Origin: Rubricoccaceae bacterium
GTDB lineage: Bacteria; Bacteroidota; Rhodothermia; Rhodothermales; Rubricoccaceae
Length of the DNA stretch: 35,795 nt
NCBI GenBank assembly: GCA_043789155.1
Contig: JAYWIE010000465.1
Coordinates: 1 to 35,795 of the forward strand
Reading direction: 5' to 3'
Shown: positions 1 through 6,829 of the stretch, in pieces
How the letters are laid out: every line of letters begins with the position of its first letter
Numbering within the stretch: the stretch's first letter is position 1
Notes under the pieces: model-generated
What the model was told of the DNA's origin: nothing
Databases searched by the model: none
The model's input: the letters and a program-made list of their open reading frames with translations, nothing else
Made by a program: the position numbers and the translations under genes

Positions 1-1
1 G

Positions 2-1030
2 TTCTCGGTGGCGCAGGCCTCGGCCGGAGGCCTCGCCGTCGACGGGCAGGCGCTCCGGCTGGGGGCGGAATACATCCCGCTGGCCGGCAGCGCGGCCGGC
101 ACGGGCACGGGCACCGCGCGCGCGGTGCGTCAGGCCGCGTCCGGCGGCGACGAGGTGCTGGTCCTTCACGCTCCGCCGGCGCGCACCTACCCGCTCGCCG
201 ACAGCATCGCCGCCGCGCTGACGCCGTCGACGCGCGCCGTCGTCGTGATCGACTCGCTGCTGCCGGCGTTCGGCGGCAACCGGTTCCGGTCGTCGGTGCC
301 CGTCCTCGCCGTCCGGGCGGCTGCGTGGCCGGGCGGCGCGCGCTCGGTGCGGTTCGCGCTGGAGGGGCAGGCCGAGACGCCGCTGAGGAGCACCGACATC
401 ATCGGGGCCGTCCGCGGCACGGCCGTTCCGGACTCGTTCCTGGTCGTCACCGCGCACTTCGACCACCTCGGGCGCGTCCGCGATGCGTTCGGCCGAGCGC
501 CGGTCCTGTTCCGCGGGGCCAACGACAACGCGAGCGGCACGGCCATGCTCGTCACGCTCGCTCGCGAGGTCGCCCGGAGGCCGCTCCGCTACACCGTCGT
601 CTTCGCCGCGATGGGTGCCGAGGAGGTCGGCCTGATCGGCTCGACGGCGCTCGCGGAGCGCCCGACGTGGCCGCTCGACCGGACCCGCTTCCTCGTCAAC
701 CTCGACATGATGGCCGGCGGGCCGGCGCTCTCCGTGTTCGGCGGAACGGACCATCCGGCGGAGTTCGCCCGGCTCCAGACGCTGCTCGCGCAGGTGGGCG
801 CACCGGCGGCCTCGCCGCGCGACCAGCGCCCGAACTCGGACCACTGGCCGTTCGTGCAGCGCGGCGTCCCGGCCTTCTTCCTCATCTCGGGCGGTGGCTT
901 CCCGCAGCCCTACCACAACATCGGCGACGTGCCGGAGACGCTGGCGTGGGACGCGTGGGAGATGCTCTACGGCGTCACGAGCGGCCTTCTCCGGACGCTC
1001 GACGGCACCCCGTCGGCCAGCACGCGCTGA
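2..1030 (+). CDS. M28 family zinc metallopeptidase (aminopeptidase-like); the 5' end is probably outside the window
   Basis: Track ORF 8..1030 stays open back to base 2. It carries M28-type motifs: TAHFDHLG, GANDNASGTAMLV, GAEEVGLIGS, NLDMM and YHNIGD. Confidence 0.8.
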   Translation, partial: FSVAQASAGGLAVDGQALRLGAEYIPLAGSAAGTGTGTARAVRQAASGGDEVLVLHAPPARTYPLADSIAAALTPSTRAVVVIDSLLPAFGGNRFRSSVPVLAVRAAAWPGGARSVRFALEGQAETPLRSTDIIGAVRGTAVPDSFLVVTAHFDHLGRVRDAFGRAPVLFRGANDNASGTAMLVTLAREVARRPLRYTVVFAAMGAEEVGLIGSTALAERPTWPLDRTRFLVNLDMMAGGPALSVFGGTDHPAEFARLQTLLAQVGAPAASPRDQRPNSDHWPFVQRGVPAFFLISGGGFPQPYHNIGDVPETLAWDAWEMLYGVTSGLLRTLDGTPSASTR

Positions 1031-1050
1031 GACCCGCGGCGATTCGGGTC
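1031..1050. terminator. Hairpin between convergent genes (GACCCG-N8-CGGGTC); possible bidirectional terminator
   Basis: A 6-bp inverted repeat fills the 18-nt gap between the stop at 1028..1030 (+) and the stop at 1049..1051 (-). There is no U-tract. Confidence 0.3.
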
Positions 1051-2857
1051 AGTGCGCGGGGTTCAGGAGGGGAGAGGGCACCGAGTCGTCCCCGGTCTGC
1101 ATCGTGTTGAAGTCGAGCACCCGCCGGAGCGCGCCGTGGCGGAGGACGATCCGGCCGTCGTCGCGGGCGGCCTGCATGAACGGGCCGTCGTAGAGCGGCC
1201 ACGCGGCGTAGTCCACCGGCTCGCCGTCGATGCGCGGCACGGTGCCGTAGGCCGCGTCGATCGTGACGCCGCGCAGCGTGGTGAACCGGACGGTCGGGAC
1301 GGGCGACGTCTCGATCACCAGCGGGAGCGCGCGGATGACGTCGCGGAACGCGTCTGCCGTGGCGTAGGCATCGGCCGGGGCGACCTGCACGACGGCGCCG
1401 TTCTGCAGATGCGGGCTGTGCAGCCGGCGGTCGCCGCCCGGCTCCGGCTGCCACGTGTAGGGTGCGAGGGGGAAGTACGCGATCCGCGCCCCGCCACCTC
1501 GCGCGGTGATCCAGCCCGAGGCGTCCTCGTGGACCTCCTCCAGCGTCCGCGAGAAGTAGCCGCTGACGTGCGGGAAGCGGACGCCCGGTGGGATGTCGTA
1601 GAGCGCGACGAGCGCGTCCTCGTGCTGGACGACCTGCTGGTACGGAGAGCCGCCGGTCCACTTGCCCGGCGTGTCGTACGTGCCCTTCAGGTGGTCGACC
1701 ATCGCCTGCACGAGCAGCCGCGGCTCCTCGGCGAAGTACATCCCCATCTCGTGCGCGTCGGAGTAGGGGTGGAGCGCGAAGAGGACGTTGAAGCCTTCGT
1801 GCGGGTCGGCCGTGGCCCACTGCACCTCCCACGTGTGCTGCTGGATGGGCTGCAGCAATCCGCCCTGGACGGAACCAACGGCGTAGGCCGGGCTCATGAA
1901 GGCGGTCTTGTAGACCGGCGCGTCGGCCTCGGGGCCGTAGCGAATCCGGTGGCGCGTCCGCTTCAACTCGCGGTGGACGTACGGCGCCTCGCGGTCCGTC
2001 GCCATCCGGGTGACGACCTCGGGCGGGCGGTAGCCACTGAGCGCAAGGTAGAGCGCCGTGCCGTGCGGCCGGTATCCGGCTCGCGGGAGCACGACGTTGA
2101 CAGCGTCCGGGCGGAACGGCGTGTTGCCGAAGAGGAGCCAGGCGAAGCTCGTGCTCCCGTTCTTCCAGCGCTCCAGCGTCGGCTCTGGATAGACTCGGCT
2201 GAAGGCACCGGCGTAGAGCCCGTTAAGCGTGTCCGCAGCGAAGTCCGAGATCAGGAGGTCGAGCAGCATCTCGGCGCGGCGGCGCATCTCCGGGGCGTCG
2301 GCGAAGGCGTAGAGCAGCGCGAGCGGCGCGAGGAAGAACGGCAGGTAGTGCGGCGAGTCGAACTCGCCTTGCCCGCGCGTCACGGTGAGGCGGGTCCAGT
2401 GGCGGAGGTAGTCGTCCGTCTCGGCCATGTTCTCAGCAGCGCTGCGGCCGTTGAACCACGTCTCGGCCGGGCTGTCCGGGTCGAGCTGGCAGGCGAGGTA
2501 CAGCGATGCGTGGTACATCGCCCAGTGGTTCTCGGTGTCGCCGCGGTAGGGCGTGGTGGTGCGCCAGAGGTCCCGCATCCGGGCCAGCACGTCCGCCGGC
2601 AGCCGCTCGCGGCCGACGTGCTGGACGAGGGTCATCGGGAGCATCCAGAACATGTCCCCGTGCGGCTCGGCGAGGTGCGACTCGAGCAGCGGGAGCACGC
2701 GGTCGAGCGGGTCGCCGCGGCGGAGCCTGGCGGCGACCTCGATGTGGTCGAGCCGGGGAGTGCCGACGTCCTCGCGGTCAGCGTAGTGGTCGAGCAGCGC
2801 GGTGCACCGGTCGCCGTAGGTGGAGCCGGCCGGGTCGGTCAGGATGGACGACGTCAT
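1049..2857 (-). CDS. Conserved ~600-aa protein of unknown family, cytoplasmic paralog; possibly an alpha/alpha-toroid type glycan-active enzyme
   Basis: These are the last 602 codons of track ORF 1049..3847. The first 330 codons of that ORF are Arg/Pro-rich and overlap the well-supported 2854..3783 gene out of frame. I therefore placed the start at ATG 2857 (MTSSILTDP), which gives an ATGA stop/start overlap. There is no signal peptide. It shares long identical blocks with 20371..22242: GDMFWM, PYRGDTENHWA, APYVHRELKRTRHRIRY, GGLLQPIQQ, EDALVALYDI and WPLYDGPFM. Confidence 0.75.
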   Translation of the reverse strand: MTSSILTDPAGSTYGDRCTALLDHYADREDVGTPRLDHIEVAARLRRGDPLDRVLPLLESHLAEPHGDMFWMLPMTLVQHVGRERLPADVLARMRDLWRTTTPYRGDTENHWAMYHASLYLACQLDPDSPAETWFNGRSAAENMAETDDYLRHWTRLTVTRGQGEFDSPHYLPFFLAPLALLYAFADAPEMRRRAEMLLDLLISDFAADTLNGLYAGAFSRVYPEPTLERWKNGSTSFAWLLFGNTPFRPDAVNVVLPRAGYRPHGTALYLALSGYRPPEVVTRMATDREAPYVHRELKRTRHRIRYGPEADAPVYKTAFMSPAYAVGSVQGGLLQPIQQHTWEVQWATADPHEGFNVLFALHPYSDAHEMGMYFAEEPRLLVQAMVDHLKGTYDTPGKWTGGSPYQQVVQHEDALVALYDIPPGVRFPHVSGYFSRTLEEVHEDASGWITARGGGARIAYFPLAPYTWQPEPGGDRRLHSPHLQNGAVVQVAPADAYATADAFRDVIRALPLVIETSPVPTVRFTTLRGVTIDAAYGTVPRIDGEPVDYAAWPLYDGPFMQAARDDGRIVLRHGALRRVLDFNTMQTGDDSVPSPLLNPAH

Positions 2858-3783
2858 GGCGTGGCGGGGGGCGGCGTCCAGACGAGGCGGCGAACGGTCG
2901 CGTCGGGCAGGCCTGCCGGGAGGGCGGGGGCGTCGCCGTCCACGACGAACACGCCGGTCTCGGACGTCCCGACCCAGAGACGGCCGGGCACGACCGGGTC
3001 GAAGGCGAGGGACATGACGGTCGGGCCGGAGGGCGCGAGCGGCCGGTGCTCCCACGATGCGCCGCCGTCGGCGCTGAGGAGCAGGCCGGTTCTGTACCCG
3101 GCGGCAGCCATGCGGCGCGGGTCCGCAGGATCGAGGGCGACGGCGTAGACGACGACGTCTCCGGCCGTGACGCAGGTCCATGTGTCGCCGTTGTCGGTAG
3201 ACCGCCAGGCACCGGCACCGTCGGTGCCCAGCAGCCACGTCGCCGGCTCCGACGCGCTCTGCACGACCGACCGGACCGGCGCGCGAGGCCCGACCGCCGT
3301 CCACGGGACACGCCCGGCGTCGGTGCGAAACAGCCCGGCCTCCGTCCCGACGATGAGGTGCTCCGGCGCGGCGACGTCGGGGACGACGACCGTGGTGAAC
3401 CGGGCGTTCAGGCCGCCTACGTCGGTGGGGGAGGGGCACCACGTGTCGCCCGCGTCGTCGGAGCACCAGAGGCCGTAGGCCGTGGCCGCCCAGAGGCGGT
3501 CCGGCGCGTGCGGGTCCAGGGCGATGTCCAGCACCTCGGTCACGCGCCAGTCGGTCGTGACGCGCCACGACGCGCCGCCGTCGCGGGAGCGGAGCACGCC
3601 GTTGCCGCAGGCGAGGACGATCGCGCGAGGCGACGCGGCGAGGCCGAAGCAGCGCACATTCGTCCAGCCGCGGTGCTCCCAGACGTCTCCGAAGCGGACG
3701 TAGAGGCCGCTCGCGGCATTGGCCTCGCCGACGACGTAGCCGCGCGATTCGAGGATGGCAGCATGAAGGACGGGTGGCGGCAT
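2854..3783 (-). CDS. BNR/Asp-box repeat beta-propeller protein, cytoplasmic paralog
   Basis: 309-aa ORF with four canonical Asp-boxes (SRDGGASW, SDDAGDTW, STDNGDTW, SADGGASW). It has no signal peptide and no room for one, since no start codon lies upstream of 3783 in this ORF. It is a paralog of 22239..23267 (shared GNGVLR, TTDWRVTEV). Confidence 0.8.
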   Translation of the reverse strand: MPPPVLHAAILESRGYVVGEANAASGLYVRFGDVWEHRGWTNVRCFGLAASPRAIVLACGNGVLRSRDGGASWRVTTDWRVTEVLDIALDPHAPDRLWAATAYGLWCSDDAGDTWCPSPTDVGGLNARFTTVVVPDVAAPEHLIVGTEAGLFRTDAGRVPWTAVGPRAPVRSVVQSASEPATWLLGTDGAGAWRSTDNGDTWTCVTAGDVVVYAVALDPADPRRMAAAGYRTGLLLSADGGASWEHRPLAPSGPTVMSLAFDPVVPGRLWVGTSETGVFVVDGDAPALPAGLPDATVRRLVWTPPPATP

Positions 3784-4009
3784 CGGTGTTTCCTCGACGG
3801 TCGTCTGGTGGAGCGGCCCTGGTCTGCACCGGCCTCAGAGTACGCATCAGGGCCGGTTCGTGGCCCGGCTCGCCGGTGCGGCCGCCCGGATCCAGTCGAC
3901 GCGCGCGCCAATCGCGCAGCGCCCGGTTGCCGCAGTCTCCGCGCCCGTGCTACCATGGCCCGTTCCGCGGCACGCGCCGCTCCGCTGCAGAACCAGGCCC
4001 CACCGAACC

Positions 4010-5353
4010 ATGGCGACAAGGCTCCGGACACTCTTTTCTGCGACGCGTGGTGTGCTCGTCCTGCTCATCTTGTGCGCCGGGTGCCAGGGCGGGCGGCCCG
4101 AGACGACGGGCGGGCGGAAGCCGCTCCGCCTGTTCATCATGTTCATCAGCACCCAGCAGGCGGACTTCTTCCACTGGGCCGAGGCGACGTACGAGGCGGA
4201 GCACCCGGACGTGGACGTCATTGTCGAGCAGTTCCCGGGGAGCTCGCTCAAGGACTTCGAGATCAAGCTCCGCCTCCGGTTCAGCAGCCACCAGGAGCCG
4301 GACTTGCTGCTGGCCGCCGACAACGTCGTCGCGCCGCTCGCCCGCTACGGCCTTCTCTCCGAGGCCCCAGGCTACATCGCGCAGATGGTTCAGGACAACA
4401 GCCTGAACGAGATGGTCCGCCAGGCACCGCGTATCGACGGCACGCTCTACGGGATCTCCAGCGACGCGGCGTGGCAGGTGCTGTACTACAACAAGGCGAT
4501 GTTCCGCGAGGCGGGCCTCGACCCGGAGCGCCCGCCGCGGACGTGGGCCGAGCTCCTCGACGATGCCGACCTGCTCACGGTCCGGCACCCAGACAGCACC
4601 GTCGTGCGCGCCGGCCTCTCGCTTCGCAAGACCGGCTTCATGGCAGGCACGGCCGAGAAGTGGTACTCCTTCCTCTACTCAGCCGGCGGCCAGCCGTTCA
4701 GCGAGGACGGTACGCGCGCGACGTTCAACTCACCCGCCGGGCACGCCGCGCTCGACTTCTACCGGTCCGTCCTGTTCGACCGCCACATCGACTCCGTGAC
4801 GCATGAGGGCGACCAGCAGGGCTTCGGCCAGGGCCGCGTCGCCATGTTCTACCGCGAGATCCATGTCGCGCGCTGGCTCAAGGACAACTATCCTGACCTC
4901 GAGTACGGGGTGGCTCCGCTCCCGGCGCTCGAGACGTCGATGAGTGCGGGAGGGACGTACATGTACGCCGTCAGCAAGGCGTCCGGGCACCAGGACGAGG
5001 CGTGGCGGTTCATCCAGTTCCTGATGCAGGACGAGGCCTACGGCCGGTACGTCTCCATCGGAGGCATCCTGCCGTTGACGCGCTCCATCGCCAGCCGCGA
5101 GCCGTTCGCGTCGGACACGCTGATGCAGGTCTTCCTCAGACAGCCGGCGCGTACCGCAGGCTCGTTCCCGATGGTGTCGCGCGCCTCCGACGTCGTGGGC
5201 GGCTACATCGAGCAGTTCGTCTACGGCCGCATCAGCGAGGACGAGATGCTCAGCCGCGCCGAGCGTGACGTGAACGCGGTCCTCGCGCCGAACCGCCGAC
5301 CCGCCGCAGAGGCTGCCCCCACGAGACGCGCTCCGGTAGCAATGGTGCCCTGA
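4010..5353 (+). CDS. ABC transporter extracellular solute-binding protein (family 1, carbohydrate type), lipoprotein-like
   Basis: Track ORF 3860..5353, with the start moved to ATG 4010 (MATRLRTLFSATRGVLVLLILCAGCQGG). This start provides a signal peptide with an AGC lipobox-like cysteine. The body resembles sugar SBPs (YYNKAMFREAGLDPERPPRTWAEL, GRVAMFY, LPLTRS). Confidence 0.8.
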   Translation: MATRLRTLFSATRGVLVLLILCAGCQGGRPETTGGRKPLRLFIMFISTQQADFFHWAEATYEAEHPDVDVIVEQFPGSSLKDFEIKLRLRFSSHQEPDLLLAADNVVAPLARYGLLSEAPGYIAQMVQDNSLNEMVRQAPRIDGTLYGISSDAAWQVLYYNKAMFREAGLDPERPPRTWAELLDDADLLTVRHPDSTVVRAGLSLRKTGFMAGTAEKWYSFLYSAGGQPFSEDGTRATFNSPAGHAALDFYRSVLFDRHIDSVTHEGDQQGFGQGRVAMFYREIHVARWLKDNYPDLEYGVAPLPALETSMSAGGTYMYAVSKASGHQDEAWRFIQFLMQDEAYGRYVSIGGILPLTRSIASREPFASDTLMQVFLRQPARTAGSFPMVSRASDVVGGYIEQFVYGRISEDEMLSRAERDVNAVLAPNRRPAAEAAPTRRAPVAMVP

Positions 5354-5825
5354 GACGTCCGTTCAGTATCGACGGGCCTGCGTCCTGAGACGTCTCGGGG
5401 GGACCCGTCCCGCCTGGCCGCGCAGCGACGGTACGGGCCGGCGCGCTCGGCCGCGGCGCGCTCCCCGCCTGCGGCGGGGCAGGCTCGGAGCGCGCCCTAC
5501 CGGGCTGGCGCTCTTCAGTGAGCACGTCGGGGGGTTAGGGACGTCTCGCCGAGGCGTTCGCGGACCGACCGGCCATCGGGAAGAGTGCTGCCGGAGACGG
5601 CATTCCCCGGCGCGAAGCCGTCGGAGGGGTGCGCGCGAGGACCGTGCCAGCGCGACACGTCACCGGGGCCGACGGCGCAGAGGCAGCATCCCTCCGGCAC
5701 GCCGATGAGCGCTGGCGGCGCAGCGTGGTCCTGCGAACGCCCTGCCTCGGCTGCGGGGTACATGCAAGCACGGGCAGGCAGACCGTGGCCCGGCGATCGT
5801 TCTGTGAAAGAATCGCCCGATCCTA

Positions 5826-5880
5826 TTGACAGTCTCGTGAAAAACCGGTACCGTCTAGTAGACAAAACGCCGTTTCACAA
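5826..5880 (+). promoter_or_regulatory. AT-rich promoter/operator-like region directly upstream of the IclR gene
   Basis: Elements seen: TTGACA at 5826..5831; palindrome GTCTA-g-TAGAC at 5853..5863; palindrome AAACG-c-CGTTT at 5865..5875; inverted GTGAAA (5837..5842) and TTTCAC (5873..5878). Local GC is clearly below the window average. The -10 element is poor (TACCGT). Confidence 0.3.
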
Positions 5881-6702
5881 TTGGAACAGGAAGGCCGCTA
5901 CATCATCCCCTCGCTCGACCGGGCCATCAAGGTGCTCGGGGTGCTCGCACACGAGCCCCAGGGGACGACCCTCGCCGACCTGGCTCGCAGCTCAGGGATT
6001 CCCAAGAGCACCCTTTTCAGGATTCTCGTGACTCTCCAGAAGCACCACTGCGTCGTTCTCAGCCCAGACGGCCGGACGTTCCGGCTGGGCTCCCACCTCT
6101 GGGAGCTGGGCAGCCGCTTCGCCGACCAGTCGGACCTGTTTCGCGTCTCCGAGCCCTACATGACGGCGCTCGCCGACGAGTGTGGCGAGACGGTCTTCCT
6201 GAGCAAGCTCGAAGACGGGGAGGTGGTCTACCTCCGGCGGATCGAGAGCCCCAAGTCCATCGCGGCCGTCAAGAAGCTCCAGTCCCGCGCGCCCGTCCAC
6301 TGCACCGCGACCGGCCGCGCCCTGATCGCCTGGCTCCCGGCCCTCGAGATCGACGCCATCCTCGACCAGCGAGGCGTCGAGCCGTACAACGCCGCGACCG
6401 TCACGAGCCGCGTCGAACTGAAGGCGCTGCTCAGCGAGGTCCGCGACAACGAGTATGCGGTCGTCAACGGCGAGTTCAACGACGAGCTCCTGTGCGTGGC
6501 GGCACCTGTGCTGGACCATCAGCGCCGCCCGTCCGCGGCCCTCACGGTGGCGATGCTGTCGGCCCAGGTGTCAGACCGCGCCGCCATCGATGCGGTCTGC
6601 GTCGCCGTTCAGCGCGCGGCCCGCTCCCTCTCCCGAGAGCTTGGGGGGGGCGACCCCCTTCGGCCAGCGAGCGCCCCGGCGCTCACTGCCGGCGGTGCCT
6701 AG
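5881..6702 (+). CDS. IclR family transcriptional regulator
   Basis: 273-aa ORF with a TTG start. It has an N-terminal wHTH (SLDRAIKVLGVLA...LADLARSSGIPKSTLFRILVTL) and a C-terminal IclR effector-domain pattern (ETVFLSKLEDGEVVYL, TATGRALIAWLP, YAVVNGEFNDELLCVAAPV). Confidence 0.85.
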   Translation: MEQEGRYIIPSLDRAIKVLGVLAHEPQGTTLADLARSSGIPKSTLFRILVTLQKHHCVVLSPDGRTFRLGSHLWELGSRFADQSDLFRVSEPYMTALADECGETVFLSKLEDGEVVYLRRIESPKSIAAVKKLQSRAPVHCTATGRALIAWLPALEIDAILDQRGVEPYNAATVTSRVELKALLSEVRDNEYAVVNGEFNDELLCVAAPVLDHQRRPSAALTVAMLSAQVSDRAAIDAVCVAVQRAARSLSRELGGGDPLRPASAPALTAGGA

Positions 6703-6752
6703 CCGCACGTAGAAAGACGGCCACGGCTCCTCACGGCCATGTGGAACGGAAA

Positions 6753-6778
6753 GCACCGGCACCGCTCGCCGGGCTTTT
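6753..6778 (+). terminator. Weak hairpin plus T4 after the IclR gene
   Basis: CCGGC-N7-GCCGG is followed by GCTTTTCG. The stem is short, so this is a low-confidence intrinsic terminator. Confidence 0.2.
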
Positions 6779-6829
6779 CGCGCACCATGTCCTCATACAC
6801 GCTCACCCGACACGAGAAGAGGCCATCCC

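Noticed and set aside
2858-3847. N-terminal 330 codons of track ORF 1049..3847
   Set aside because: This part is Arg/Pro-rich and overlaps the Asp-box propeller gene in another frame. The paralog at 20371 begins at the equivalent of Met331, and ATG 2857 gives an ATGA coupling junction.
3860-4009. 50-codon N-terminal extension of the SBP ORF
   Set aside because: The extension is Arg/Pro/Ala-rich with no signal peptide. The internal Met at 4010 starts a proper lipoprotein-type signal sequence.
1052-4806. Plus-strand ORFs 1052..3148 (698 aa) and 2506..4806 (766 aa)
   Set aside because: They are antisense or off-frame shadows of the minus-strand module and of the SBP gene, with low-complexity Arg/Gly/Ala translation.
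5250-6031. Small ORFs in the SBP-IclR gap (5250..5525 -, 5515..5865 -, 5535..5771 -, 5585..6031 +, 5629..5829 +)
   Set aside because: They overlap one another, their translations are Arg/Pro/Ala/Gly-rich with no motifs, and one runs into the IclR gene out of frame. I treated the region as non-coding or decayed.
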